A stretch of DNA of 64,000 nt from Rhina ancylostomus (lineage: Eukaryota), in the NCBI GenBank assembly GCA_030265395.1, contig JARFYF010000017.1, forward strand, positions 19,588,768-19,652,767, given 5' to 3'. This document shows, piece after piece, positions 1 to 13,238 of the stretch (position 1 is the stretch's first letter; every line of letters starts with the position of its first letter). The notes under the pieces were generated by a model. It was given only the letters and a program-made list of their open reading frames with translations. It did not search any database and was not told the origin of the DNA. A program made the translations under genes and the position numbers.

Positions 1-1744
1 TCATAAATATGTTGATTTCTGGGCATTGATTCCATCTGCCCTACTTTCTGTAACCTCCTGATGTGGTGCTATGAATCTTTTAAAACAAGAGTTTAATTTT
101 CTGTTGAATGTACAATGGAGAAAAGGACTTCCTCATAACTGGGCAGAGAAGTTTATGCCTCTTTATGTTTGGAAAATCAGATGAGTAAAGAGCATAGTCA
201 TTCTGAATATATTGGAGTAAATTTGTCACAGTGGTTCACAAAGGATTAACAATATTCACATCCACAATAATCAGCATTTTCCTTTCAGCTAATAGGTTCA
301 TAGAGTTGTGAACATCTCTTCCGTAGCAATGCCCTGTCCCTCTCTCCTGCCTCACCACATTTACCCCCCCCCCACTCCCCAACCCCACCAGCATCTGCCC
401 AAAGTTCTCTATCTGATTTTGTGAAAATATTCAGTAACTGTATAAAACAAGGCTATTTGAGTCATGCCATAATCAGCCACATAACTTCCATACTTTCCTT
501 AAGTAATACAGTCTGGGGTTGGGTGCTGGTGAGAATAGGGAGGGAGTTGTTGGGGAGGGGAGTGGTGGAGTGAACACAATGTTGAAAGTGTAACCTGGGA
601 TGGTTCTTAAAAATCAGGTACTTTCGCAAATCAAATTGGCTGTCATTCTGTGAAGTAAATTTAGTGTAATCTTAATATTATGGATTTGTGTTCTCTTTGA
701 GTAAGAGCTCACAGACTGTAATAAATGGAGGAATGGATGGATAGAAGATAAGTGAGTGATGTTGCCCTGGGCACACTGACTGCATGTATGAACTTAAACA
801 GTTTCCAGTCTATTTTAGAAACAGACTGATAGCAATAACTGAAGATCATTGATTTTACGGGAATCCATGTTCACAGACGTACAAATGATCGACCAGCAGG
901 TTGACTTTTGCCTCCTTAAGTAAGAATTGACTCTGCTTTCCTGTATTGACTGAAAAGCAAGAGAGGGGTTTCAAGCAAATGCTTAGTGCGAAGCAGCTTA
1001 GGAAATTCTTCTGTAAAGTTACCCCTGGGGGAAAATAAGACACATTGAGAATGGAGAATTTTAATGGGCTGCTGTTAATTTCTTAACATAAACCATCATG
1101 CCATCACTGCATAAGCAGGACACAGTATTGTTGGAGGCGATTCATCATTTTCTTTTTTCTGCATTCTTGGAACTCTCAGCAAGTGTCCTGCACGTGGGGA
1201 TGAGAATAGTTTATATTTTTGTTAAGAACGTCAAATCTTGCATTCATTCTCAGAGGGATAGAATTGCGATATATGTTCAAAGATTCACTGAATGCAAAAA
1301 ATTAGACCGGCGCTAACAATTTGAAAGATTTCGGTTTTCCAATAGCAGAATAGAATTTGCATAGAAGGCAACCCTTTTAAGTGTGAAATAATCAAATGTT
1401 GGATCCAAAAATAGGAAATTAATTGTAAAACGTTAGCAAGGCTGCATCACATTAAAGGAGAGTAGAAAGTTCTGATGCAAGTTTTAATGCATCATGGGCA
1501 CATAAAGTGGGTACCAGAGTTGGTTTCTATATGCGCCGCATGTAGGAGCACCACACGAATGAGGAATAAGTGTGCCTCAGGCTACGAGTCTCTTAATGAA
1601 CTTGAAAAGCTTTTTAGTGATACCCAGTGTTATGCCTTTTATTGTATAACCAAAAGTACTATCTTCAGCAAGTGCTCTGTCAGGCATTACTTGGACACAA
1701 TTCTCATCATTTGCATGTTCTGATCTTCTCAATTTAATTGAACA

Positions 1745-2047
1745 TAGCATGGTAGTGTAGCGGTTAGCGTAATGCTATTACAGCACCAGCGACCTAAGTT
1801 CAATTCCGGCTGCTGTCTGTAAGGAGTTTGTGCGTTCTCCCCATGACTGTGTGGGATTCCTCCGGGTGCTCCGGTTTCCTTCCACATTCCAAAGACGNNN
1901 NNNNNNNNNNNNNNNNNNNNNNNNNNNNNNNNNNNNAAGTGTGGTGACACTTGTGGGCTGCCCCCAGAACACTCTATGTAAAAGATGCATTTCACTGTGT
2001 GTTTTGATGTACATATGACTAATAAAGGTAAGATAAGGTAAGATAGA
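1745..2047 (+). mobile_element. V-SINE (tRNA-derived head, V central domain), fairly young, internal N gap
   Basis: A-box-like TAGTGTAGCGG, B-box-like AGTTCAATTCC, V-domain 'ggagtttgtgcgttctcccc...tccgggtgctccggtttccttccacattccaaagac', ends aataaag plus short simple repeat; closely related copy at 61816-62100. Confidence 0.85.
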
Positions 2048-3119
2048 CCTTCTATCCCATACAAAAAGTTCCTACTGAACCTTTACTCTGGCGCTAGCAT
2101 GCCACAAGATACTCTAAAGTCTCAATTAAAATGATCAAGTCAAAGAAAATAGATGCAAAGTTCCCATTAACCAACCTTCTTTACTGCACTATTGCTGAAG
2201 ATTAGGCAAGGGTATGTATATTTCATTTTGAAGCAACAAGTATTCCAATTCTTCAACGCAGTCCAGAAACACTTACAATGGCTCTAATCCAATCTGTCGC
2301 ATTTGCACCCACTTTACACTGAGGCCAGGATGATATGATTCCTGGTTTCATACCTAATCAACTTCAAATGGGTGATGCTGTCAGAAACTCACATCCAGAT
2401 GTCTCAGGGTGCAAGGTTCATTTCTGTATTTCTGATGTCTATAAGTCAAGTGGTACAAAAACCAGATTGAGAGATGTTGCTTTATTGTAAACAGTTCTTC
2501 CACAAAAAGCAAGCATACAAGCTAACAAGATTTGAACATTATAATCTGTCCTGGTCCTTGACGGCTTCTTCTGTCTTTACTGCTATATTCAGCTACTCCT
2601 CCAGCCATGTTTTTATACCAATGGGGCATGATAATCAAGCAGGGCAGTGCCTGTATTTTAAATCTGACCACTTTCCAGGGCACATAGAACTCAAATGTTA
2701 TACAGACGAGGAAGAGAGGAGTGGTGTGTCCCTCCTTTCTGCACATGCTCCTGTTGTGGACACTTGATGTGTCTGGCATTTCACTTGCACTGTGGCTTGA
2801 CAAGCCAGCAACAGCTTGAAATGGGCTGTCATCACACTGGCCTACATTAATATCGTTAGAAAAGCCAGAAGTGTCTCCAGTTTGCAGTAGTGGAAATATA
2901 ACAACTCCTGAATTACTGGGGTTGATTTTGGTACCAGTGATTTTGAGAGTGAAGAAATGTGCCTGTAACAATATACTGGGTAGTTTCCACACTCTGAACA
3001 ATTCTCAGCATTCTCAACATTAGCACCAAAAGATGAGATGCCAGANNNNNNNNNNTGGCAACCTTATCTACAACATATCTGAATCTCCTTCAGAGTCCAA
3101 ATGTCCCAACTAAATGATC

Positions 3120-3149
3120 CTCAAAGTCACATAACTCAAAGTCACATAA
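3120..3149. repeat. Perfect 15-bp tandem duplication CTCAAAGTCACATAA x2
   Basis: Read directly: 3120-3134 equals 3135-3149. Confidence 0.95.
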
Positions 3150-4149
3150 AGGAAGATCTCTTCCTGTTATTATTTGTGTTTAAATTCTGAAAAATGGTAC
3201 CTAATTATATGATTGAGGAGCTAGTGTCAGAAGTTCAATGTTGGTTTAAAAACACCAGTTTTAATAAATAAACTTATGGAACTAAAGATTTTGCTTGGTT
3301 TAGAGTGCTTTTCAGAATCATTCCCCAATGCAGATGTTCCTGATCTGAATGCCACCTCAAAATATCAATGCACAGCATGAGCTGGGAGAGTCTCTTAAGC
3401 ATGTCCAGGAATATAAGTAACTTCTTCCTCCTTTCTCCATGTCGTATATGCAATAACGGATAAAGTGATTTCAAAGTCTGAGTTTGTACTATGTTTATGT
3501 ACACATATATTGAAATCACTTTTTCCCCCTGGTGTATAGTGGAGTCGGAGGAGGAAGGAGTAAACTCAGCCCCTCTCCCTTCAAATCCACACCATTTACA
3601 GACCCTAGATTGTCAAACTTGGATGGGTAAGAATTCCTGTGGTCACCTTGTGCAATGAAATTGTAAACACATCCTTTTAGAATGTATGTTTGCATCTGTG
3701 AGAGATGCCAAATGGTGGAAATCTTCACAAACACATTTACAATGTCACTACACATATTGACTGGAAGAATCCTTACCCTAGAGTTCTACTATGGCATGAC
3801 ATCACGAAAGTGTAAGTAAGGCACACAAATCTGAGCAAATTCTGCCTCTACGTGCATGTGCTCACATGTTCACACATTTGAAGTGCCTCTTATAGACCAA
3901 CCATATCAATGTCCTTCACCATTATTGTGGCTTCACCTTTATAAAGATTTTGAATAACTTTCACATCTACCTTTGAAGTATGCATCAATTTTTAATCATG
4001 AAATATTTAGAAATTGAGAATTCTGATGCTGTTATATGGCACAATCAGAAGTTTATTGAACTGGATCAAGTGTGTCAATTCATAGCATTCTCAGAAACAA
4101 GCAAAATTCATTTCTAGAATATAATCTGAATCTCTGAGACATAAAAGGC

Positions 4150-4260
4150 TACAGACCAATTTCTGGTAAATGGGACTAGTACAGATGGGCACTGGGTGGT
4201 TGGTATGGCTAGGATGGGACAAAAGGCCCATTTCTGTGCTGTATGGCTTCATGACTCTAA
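4150..4260 (+). mobile_element. CR1-type 3' tail fragment (LINE or SINE end)
   Basis: 'gatgggacaaaaggcccatttctgtgctgtatggcttcatgactcta' resembles the 3' end of the CR1 at 8614 and the SINE tail near 63480-63525. Confidence 0.7.
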
Positions 4261-6419
4261 AATAAAAGTTTCTCTTTGTTAAAATTGTCAAACCTTGTGA
4301 TTTTCTTAATTGAATCCTTCAGCATGAAAAAAAAATGTTGGCTCCAGATTTTCATGAAAAAAAGAAACTCGTCCCATTAGCCTTGTAAAATGTAAAAAAA
4401 ATTATTAATATATTGGGTTACAAATGCTTTTTCATCATTATGCATTTGGACAAAGCAAATACTTGACTAAGGTTGAGCTGAAGTTGGACCCAGATTCAAA
4501 CCAAAGCACAAATAATTTTATGTGTGCAGTCACCTACCTTAATCCTCTGTGGTGAAGTATTTGCATTTTACTTCAATAAACCCTAAAGTTACCCTATCAT
4601 TATTTGCATAGACCACTGCCTAAAGCTTTTTCTATTCTGTTGAGAAGTTGGACTTTGCAGGAGGATTGATACAGCTTTAAGAAAGCACGACAAAAGTTTG
4701 AGCTGTCGGTGTAGCTTACTACNNNNTTACATCATTAGGATACAGTGGTTTACATATAGGTCAACTGCTGAATCAGCATTACATCAGCACATTGTAAACA
4801 ACCCACAGCACAGAGTACAAATAAGCAGAAAGCTCTTAAATTGGGTAAAAAAGATTATAATTTACCAAAGCTGTTAGCATGAATTCTGAGAACAGTCAGT
4901 TGGCATTTCCATGGCTGTTGTGCTATTGCAGTTGAAGGAGCTGAAGGGTTGTAATTTGATCTTGTGGAAGGTGAGGTAGTTGGGCTGGGGTGGGAAGTGG
5001 GTGGTGGGGGGGGGGTGGGGAGGTTGGANNNNNNNNNNCTTTATGTAGAATGGTGGTGATGATGAAAGTAAATAGGCACCTCAAGCTCTTAAAAATGAGA
5101 GTTTCTCCCATCCAAAAGCATTGTCTTGAACCTTCAGAACTGTCCCCTTGAAAGCCTAGTTTAACTGGAATATGCCTGGAACCCAGCAACGCCAGACAAT
5201 TTGATCTTAGTGGTTCTCAGGCTTCCTTGCACTGCATTTCAGTAATCTTCATCTGCTTCCAAGTGCTGTCAGCTGGAATAGTTGGCAAGCACTGATTAAC
5301 ATATGAGATCTCATCCTTGTCTTGAGAAGTGAATCTTCCATCACTGGGAATCAGTATTATGGAGGAACGTAATTAGGATAAATCATACTACATGAAAACT
5401 AGATATCATGCTGGGGTGACAGGATAGTGCTATCAGATAGGTAATTTTGATTTGCATTTCTTATCAGTCTTCATGCGTTACTGTCACCTCTTTATCCTCT
5501 GGACATTATCTGCCAGCATTGGTATTCTCACAAACAAATAACAAGAGCAGAATTCATAATGTTATTTGTTTTTATCAGTTTGCACTTTTGTTGTTGAATC
5601 CTTCACTGCAAATATCAGCAAATAGACAGATGTTTGAACAAGGTGCCTCCTAGATGGGGCAAGATCATTTGAAAAGATAGTTACCTGGCAGACCATCCTG
5701 GACTTGTAGCAGATCATGAAGGTTACTTCTTGGCTGTCCTAAGTCAGCTGTTGTCCATCAGAGATTTCCAACAACTTGGAGCTTATCATTCCAGAATCAA
5801 TGCCATTTCATAAAATGGTTTATAGTTTGTGTTGTTTCCCTTAATGCAGTCAAAGTAGACTGAAATGTTACATTTATATAATTTTATTTTCTCCACTTGT
5901 GCTATTTGTGCCTTCACTCATTTTTCCACTGTGTGAAAGTTGTCACTTCGCCCAGGATGGGGTTTGGCAGCCTTTCTCTTCTTGCCAAACTTTAATCAGA
6001 GAATGCTGTCAAGATGTGCTTTCTGATGAATTCAGACTGAAGACTCTGTTACCACTTCACACCAGTGTTATCCAGCAGGCAGAACTGGAATCAAAATCCA
6101 TCCAAACAGTAGTTTGGAGGAAGAGTATGAGCACACTTGTNNNNNNNNNNNNNNNNNNNNNNNNNNNNNNNNNNNNNNNNNNNNNNNNNNNNNNNNNNNN
6201 NNNNNNNNNNNNNNNNNNNNNNNNNNNNNNNNNNNNNNNNNNNNNNNNNNNNNNNNNNNNNNNNNNNNNNNNNNNNNNNNNNNNNNNNNNNNNNNNNNNN
6301 NNNNNNNNNNNNNNNNNNNNNNNNNNNNNNNNNNNNNNNNNNNNNNNNNNNNNNNNNNNNNNNNNNNNNNNNNNNNNNNNNNNNNNNNNNNNNNNNTGAT
6401 TTATAGGGAGAGGATATAA

Positions 6420-6457
6420 TCTCTCTCTCTCTCTCTCTCTATCTCTCTCCCCCCCCC
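6420..6457. repeat. (CT)n microsatellite followed by a C run
   Basis: Seen directly, next to the 6141-6396 N gap. Confidence 0.9.
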
Positions 6458-6724
6458 ATCATTTCTCAATCCCTCCTTATTTCTCTTCTTGAGAAATAGA
6501 TAGAAACTTGGTAGAAATGTGTAGGAGCATGGAATTCAGTGAACAAATAAAGATAGTAATTTGGACCACATTGGAACATCCATATCAGAGATACAAAGTT
6601 TGAGCAAGGACCTTTTATCAGAAACATTTGTGAAATATTAGCTCTGAACAGTGTGACATTCAGCAGTCATCCTTATCAGTTGACGCAAGACATGGTTTTA
6701 GGATGCTGTCATTCTGCATGGGGT

Positions 6725-7080
6725 CTGGCAGTGCAGTGGTTAAGTTACAAGGTTATTAGTCAGAGTTCTAGTCCATTAATCCCAAGAGCCAAGTTTGAAT
6801 CTTGTCATGGCAGTTGGGAAGTTTAAATTCAAGTAAGTAAATAAATCTGGAATTAAAGTTAGTCTCAGCAATGATAAGCATGAAACTCTCAGATTGTTCT
6901 AAAAACCTATGTGGTTTTTACCATGTGTCATCCATACCTGGTCTGGCCTCTGCTGGGCTCCAGACTCACAGATATAGTTGACTCTTAACTGCCTCCTTGA
7001 TCTAGGGGAAGTTAGGGGTGGACAGTAAATCCTAGTATTGCCAGCCACATCCATATCCCGTGGAACAATATTAAAAAGAA
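6725..7080 (+). mobile_element. tRNA-derived chondrichthyan SINE, diverged
   Basis: A/B-box-like head (gcagtggttaag...gtttgaatc), body 'aataaatctggaattaaagttagtctcagc...cctggtctggcct...ccagactcacag...gttgactcttaactgcc', tail 'ttaggggtggacagtaaat...ttgccagc...cacatccatatccc'; opposite-strand relative at 12220-12570. Confidence 0.75.
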
Positions 7081-7377
7081 CAATGTAACATTGGTAGAAA
7101 TGTAAAGTGTGTCTAATGACCATTGCAATGACCATTGACTAATATTTCACACTATAACTGATGAGATTTACAGGCTTTGGGGGAGAAATTGAAGTTTTAA
7201 AATAAAGTTACTTACTGTGGGGCAAAACAAATTTTGCACATTGAACTGAACTATTTTGGTGAAATTATGATGAAGTTGTTCTTCAGACCTGTTCTGGGTG
7301 TCATCTGCCTCCAGTGACATTGAAACTTGCACCTATACAATTCTTGTTTTCTGATTAAAGCCATTGCAGATTTCCCC

Positions 7378-7770
7378 CATTGGCTCCGTTGGTTAAGCCA
7401 GTGGGTAAGCTAAATGAAGTGGCCTAGGAGATCCCAAGTGTGTGCTGATTTCAGTTAAATTGGCTGAAAAGGATATTAAATTTTACTTTAAAATGCTCTA
7501 AGTCATGGAGGGGTGTTCCATATGTTCTGCTTCTGCTGAATGACCAGTGGACAGTTTGCTGGAAATACGGATATAGGATGAGAACAGATTTTGTCACATA
7601 TGTGGTGTCTCTACTTCATTCAATATTCTATGAAACTCAACATCTGCATTATTCATAAAAAAATGGCACTGAAGGCAGGCCAACACATTTGTAACTGTAC
7701 TGCAACTAGAGTTGATGTTTTCAGAGGAAGAGAAGTGGCACTGGTGGGTAAAGAATAATAAACCTGAATA
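7378..7770 (+). mobile_element. Old SINE-like interspersed repeat, heavily diverged
   Basis: A-box-like 'tggctccgttggttaag' head and patchy resemblance to a recalled chondrichthyan repeat; probable minus-strand relative near 60890-61090. Confidence 0.4.
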
Positions 7771-8613
7771 AAATGTCAGATCTCCTTGCTGGGGAAGTTT
7801 GTCAGTTTTGNNNNNNNNNNNNNNNNNNNNNNNNNNNNNNNNNNNNNNNNNNNNNNNNNNNTAATCCCTGCAAAATACTAGACCAATTCTACCTCAGAAG
7901 TGCCGTACTCAGTGTCAGTAAACTAGATCCCAGTGCAAGATCAAAGACATGCCAGTTTATCAATAGCTGTCCTAGCAGACCATGTTTTCCTGTAAATTGA
8001 GAACCATTTATGGCATTGATTATTCAATAAGGTTATTAACTCTCAGATGGCCGGTGTGGTAGCAAGTAAAATCTTTAAAACCTTTTCGTTCACAGTTGGT
8101 GAACATCAGGGAAACATTAAAATGCAGCTAGCATGTATTGTCTTAAGAAGAGAAATATTTTATGGTGTTCACACTTCATGGAATGGATGTAATTTAATAA
8201 TTCATAATATTAATATGTGATTGTGCCAGCTCCATTATGTTGGCAGGATTTAAATTCCGACAAGGACTTAGGCCACATTCAGGACAGTGTGAAATTTTTC
8301 TTTGGATAGGGAGAAATGGAAGATTCAAAAATGTTTGAGTTTACATGAATTTTAGAATCAATTCATGTGTGTCAATCAGTTCAGCCTTTGTAATATTGCT
8401 GGCTTGCTGCATGACAGGTCGCAGAGTTCATCAAGGTTTCTAGTTTCATAAGCATTGAATACGCTGAAAGATGAATGTAAATTACAGAGGTGAGAGGCAG
8501 GACTTTTAATACAGAACTTAGGACCACATCTGAAGGAAGAGACCTATCTTTTAAAGATTCAGTAAGTTCCATATTACAGATTCTTCACCTTAGAGATGGG
8601 CAATCTAGTTCTG

Positions 8614-9590
8614 GAGTCATAGAGTCATAAAGTTATACAACACGGAAACAGGCCCTTTGACCCTGAGCTAATCCCATTTGCCTGCGTTTAGTCTCTCTAA
8701 ACCTTTCATATCTATGAAGCTGTCTACATGTCTTTTAAACATTGTAATTGTACCCATCTCTACCACTTCCTCTGGCAGCTCATCCCACATTTTCACCACC
8801 CTCTNNNNNNNNNNNNNNNNNNNNNNNNNNNNNNNNNNNNNNNNNNNNNNNNNNNNNNNNNNNNNNNNNNNNNNNNNNNNNNNNNNNNNNNNNNAAAAAG
8901 ACTGAGCCTATTCACTTTATCTATGTCCCTCTTGATTTTATATATCTCTGTAAGGTCATCCTTCAGCCTCCTACACTCCCGGTGAAGAAGCCCCAGCCTA
9001 TCCAGTCTCTCCTTATAACTCAAGCGCTCCAAACCTGGTAACATCCTTGTGAATTTTTTCTGCATGCTTTCCAGCTTAAAGTTTGGCGACCAGAGCTGTA
9101 CACAGTACTCCGAGTGTGGTCTCACCAATAACATGATGTCCCAGCTCTTGTACTCAGTGCCCTGATCAAAGAAGGCAAGTGTGCCAAACGCTGTCTTCAC
9201 CACCCTGTCTACCTGTATTGCCACTTTCAGGGAACTATGTACTTGTACCCTTAGGTTTCTCTGTTCCACAACACCCTCCAGGGCCCTGACATTTACTGTG
9301 TATGTCCTGCCCTGGTTTAATTTACCAAAGTACAATACTTCACACTTATCTGAGTTAAAGTCCATCTGCCATTCCTTGTACCACTTTACCAGCTGATCTA
9401 GACCCTGTTGTAATCTTGGATAACCTTCTTTACTCTCCACTATACCACCAATTTTGGTGTCATCTGCAAACTTACTAACCATGCCAACTACATTTTCAAT
9501 CAAATTGTTAATATAGATGCCAAACAACAGTGGACCCACCAGTGATCCCTGCAGCACACCACTGATCACAGGCCTCCAATATAAAAAAAA
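8614..9590 (-). mobile_element. CR1-clade LINE, 5'-truncated: reverse transcriptase C-terminal part plus 3' tail
   Basis: ORF 8793-9569 contains SGVLQGSLVGPLLFGIYIN, KFADDTK, WQMDFNSDKCEVLYFG, LVRPHSEYCVQLWSP, LSYKERLDRLGL; minus-strand end has (CTATGACT)n-like repeat after 'gggtcaaagggcctgtttccgtgttgtat'. Confidence 0.95.
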
Positions 9591-9696
9591 ACCCTTTTGG
9601 TCATCTCTTCAAAAAAAAACAATCAAATTCATGAGACAGGATTTCTTACATACAAACTCTACTCTGGCATTTTCTCTTTCTGTAAACACTCTATTT

Positions 9697-9800
9697 TTAA
9701 AAAAAAATTTTAAAGTTTTATTTACAGCGTGGTAACAGGCCCTTCCAGTCCAATGAGTCCACGCCACCCATTTTAAACCCCAAATTAACTTACCTGTACG
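9697..9800 (-). mobile_element. 3' half of a V-SINE-type element
   Basis: Reverse complement reads 'cgtacaggtaagttaatttggggtttaaaatgggtggcgtggactcattggactggaagggcctgttaccacgctgtaaataaaa'; starts like the post-V-domain 'gacgtacaggttag' of the 61816 copy. Confidence 0.6.
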
Positions 9801-10029
9801 TTAAATTCACATTGTTTCTGGGACCTTTCATTGGTCTAAATGGATTTAATAAATGAAAATAATGTTTTGAGTTCTTGAAATATTGACTCCAGAATGGTAA
9901 ACCTCAGTAACATTTGAACCAACAAAATGTTACTGATATTGACACATATTTCCTGCTTTGTGTTCATCCAGCAGCTGTTCAAAATCCTTCTTTAATAAAT
10001 ATTTAAAGACATTTAAACGCTTTTGTTGA

Positions 10030-10990
10030 CAAAACTGAAGTTCATGCTATAAAAGAGGTGGTAGAACCATAAACACAAACCCCTCAATCAATAGAAAACA
10101 GTGTTGTATTGAATGGCTATTTTTCCAGTTGGATTATCATTCTGGAGGGTTCAATCCTGGGAGTGCTATGGTCTTGATGTACGTTAATGACTTGGTTTTT
10201 GAAATTTACAGAGAACACAAGATGTGTAAGTGTAGTGAAGGAAATTTCAAAGGGGTACAAACTGCCTTGTAGAACAATGAAGTACCTGGCAGATGAAATT
10301 CAGCTCAGAACAGTATAAGATAATACATTTTGGTGAGAAGAATCAGAAGAGGTAATAAGCACTAAATGCCTCAACAGGTACAAGAATAGAGGTCTGGGTG
10401 TGTTTGTGCACAAACCTCTGAAGGTAGCTTGATTGAATGATAAAGGATTTGAAATCCTTGACTTCTTAAATAAAAGCAGTGAGTTATTCCTGGTAAACCT
10501 ATAGAAAATCACTGGTTGGATTGGAGTTTGAATATTGTTTCAAATTCTTGGCTCTTCACCAAGAAGGACAGAAGATTTTGAAGAAGGTACATGAGAGATT
10601 TACTGGAATGGTTCCATGGATGAAAGATAACAGATATATAGGTCGACAACCTGGAGAATTTGGGATTGTCCTTCTGGCAGAAGAGGAGATTCAGAGGAGA
10701 TTTGTTAGAAATATCTAAATAGAGAAATCAAAGTGAATTGGTTTTTGAAAGCTAAGGATTCAAAAAACAGGTGAAAGGTATAAGGTGATTGACAACAAGA
10801 GGAAAATCTTTTTTCACATTCCAGGGTCTTAGCAATGCCCAATGGTGGGTGGATACAGCTCAATTACTAACATGGATAAGTACATGAAGGAGAAACATAC
10901 AGGAAAGGGAAGGGATTAGGACCAAAGGAATTGCTGTTAAGGAGCACCAGTGCAGAATCCATGGACTTAGTGGCCTCCTATACATTACTA
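10030..10990 (+). mobile_element. Old degenerate CR1 LINE fragment (RT C-terminus and 3' region)
   Basis: Broken-frame remnants: 'tggcagatgaaattc' (WQMKF), 'catttt ggt' (HFG), ORF 10521 EYCFKF...KKVHERFTGMVP, 'agaggagattcagaggagatttg' (RRFRGDL). Confidence 0.8.
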
Positions 10991-11009
10991 CTCTGAGTTA
11001 CATGATTCA

Positions 11010-11310
11010 TTGATGCCACCTCCAGTCCAGGAGTGGTGCATGTTGTCAAAGATGCCACTTTTGAAAATTGTTTATGGCAATATCTGCCTGGAGAAAAACG
11101 TGAAAGATCCTGTGACTCTTTTGAAGAAGAAAGTCCTTCAGATGCCCTTGACAAAATAACACCAGCCAAAATAGAATATTTCCTGCTTCATCCTATTGGC
11201 TGTGGAACCTGTCTACCAAATTAAACTTCACATCAAACACAATCCATTAGCTGTAAAATACTTTAAGACATTCAGAATGTACAAGAAATGCTGTGTTGTT
11301 GCAAGTTTGT
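11010..11310 (+). mobile_element. Deu-domain SINE relic (SacSINE1/AmnSINE1-like)
   Basis: Resembles 50060-50465: 'gtggtgcatgttgtcaaagatgccactttt...aaagatcctgtgactcttttgaagaaga...cattagctgtaaaatactttaagacatt...tgcaagt'. Confidence 0.55.
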
Positions 11311-12219
11311 TCATCTAATACAGCTGAGAGGAGTTAATATTATTCAACTCCAACAGTAAAGAAATTGCTGATGCCTTTGAAATCTTCTGCGGCTTCATTT
11401 AAATGATTGTTGTAGAATATTCACCTTCTGTCGAAAGCTGCAATGTCATACATGGCATTGAATGCACGCACTATAAATCTCATTTATAATTAGTGACATT
11501 TTAGGCACTTGTAACTGAGCAGATGTCAGTCAAAGTAAAGCACTGTGGGCAAACAGTATTACTGTTCCAGTCCTGTTGCAAGGTAGAACTACAGACAATC
11601 CACTTTAGACTGTAAAAAACATTGGTAATTGCATTAGTGATACTTGCTTTTGGTTGTTTTTTTTAAATAATCTCATTTTGGTGAGCGATGTGCACAGAAT
11701 GCCACAGACGTTTCTAGCCTTCAGCCAGTTGCCTGCTGGATTGGTTTCCAGAGTGGAAATTTTGTGAATAAAGTATATTNNNNNNNNNNNNNNNNNNNNN
11801 NNNNNNNNNNNNNNNNNNNNNNNNNNNNNNNNNNNNNNNNNNNNNNNNNNNNNNNNNNNNNNNNNNNNNNNNNNNNNNNNNNNNNNNNNNNNNNNNNNNN
11901 NNNNNNNNNNNNNNNNNNNNNNNNNNNNNNNNNNNCACGAAAGTATTCTGTTGCTGTGCAATCTCTGGAATTACCAGGAAAACCATGTAAAGTTGAAAAT
12001 TTGGAATTTTTAAACCTTTCTCCCCTTTGATATTGAAGCAAAAATCACTATTCTCTGCTGAGAGTTGGATCAATAGATGCTCTATGTTGTTGGTTTAGTA
12101 TCAGTTTTTTGCTTCTGGAACATGTTAGAAACCATTTAACCTCGCTGCTTTTCAATCGTTATACAAAAAAAAATTTCCAAAAATATTTGTCCATTCAAAG
12201 ATAATGAAATAACAACTGA

Positions 12220-12570
12220 TCACAAACAGGATATGGACATTGCTGGCAATGTCAACACGTACTGTCCACCCCTCATTGTTCCTAAAGTGAGGAGGCAGCT
12301 TAGAGTCAACACATTGATGGATCTGAAGTCAGATGTAAGCCAGACCAAGTAAGGATGGCAGATTTACTTTCCTGAAGGACATTAATGAGTCAAAATGGGT
12401 TTTTAAGACATTCCATTATTTTCATACTAACAGATTATTCCAGATTTTACTTGTTTGCTGGAATTTAAATTCCCCAGATGCCATAGTGGGTTTCAAATTC
12501 ATGTCAGTAGATCAATAGTCCAGGCTTTTGAATATTAGTCCAACTGTAACTTAACATTATGCTACCGTGC
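12220..12570 (-). mobile_element. tRNA-derived chondrichthyan SINE, same family as 6725-7080
   Basis: 'ggacattgctggcaa...ggcagcttagagtcaac...gccagaccaagtaaggatggcagattt...ttattccagatttt...gaatttaaattcccca' is the reverse-complement counterpart of 6725-7080. Confidence 0.75.
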
Positions 12571-13160
12571 TATCCACGAGAGTGAAAACAGTTACAAACA
12601 TGTACAAACACAAAAATTCAAATGCCAGACTGCAACAGACAGGGTCTCTTCCTTCCCACCTCCTCCTCTCAAACCTAAGACCTGGTGCCATAATAAATGC
12701 TCCTCAGAGTTTGGCGGTTATGCTGTACTATTTGTTCTGTATGTTGAGTTTCTATTGATTTTTGGATGTACTATGATGAAACAGTTTAGCAATAATTCTA
12801 GTCCTATTTGCTTGGAAATCACAGGCAACATTAGTGGGTGAGGATTTGACACAATCGTATGATATTTTGCTGACTAGTCTTCTAAAACTCGAGCTCTGAG
12901 TGATTTATTCGAAAGGAGTTAACACCCCTGCTAAAAAAGTGGGCAGAGAAATTTCATACTGAATAGTTGAGCCTTTGTCTATGTGAATTGCCAACAGTGA
13001 TTCACACTTTCAGATTTTATGGAGTGTTAATTTTGTAGACACTCAGCTTTCTTTCTGGGAAAAATATAGAAGGAATATACTACTCTAAGGGCCAATTTGT
13101 TATAAAGTATTTAGTAGTGAAATGTCAGATGTAAGAGGTTAGATTATTTCTTTATGTAAG

Positions 13161-13238
13161 GCACTTACTTACTGTTTTGTTTCAATTTTTAGGCCCCTGC
13201 CAGACTGGATGCAATGAAACGCTCATGTAGTCATCACT
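13161..13238 (+). promoter_or_regulatory. zfhx3: Splice acceptor (AG at 13191-13192) and 46-nt 5'UTR part of the first coding exon of ZFHX3
   Basis: U-rich tract 'ctgttttgtttcaattttt' then AG|G; ATG 46 nt later in context actATGg. Vertebrate ZFHX3/4 start codons lie a short way into a large internal exon. Confidence 0.8.

Noticed and set aside
1747-1815. tRNA-like A/B boxes here and at 61816 and 63174
   Set aside because: These are SINE heads followed by V domains, not tRNA genes
2522-3001. 159-aa minus-strand ORF
   Set aside because: Non-ATG start, no recognisable motif or exon structure; a length possible by chance
1-13192. ZFHX3 promoter or first exon
   Set aside because: No CpG island or convincing promoter/donor arrangement; probably upstream of the window
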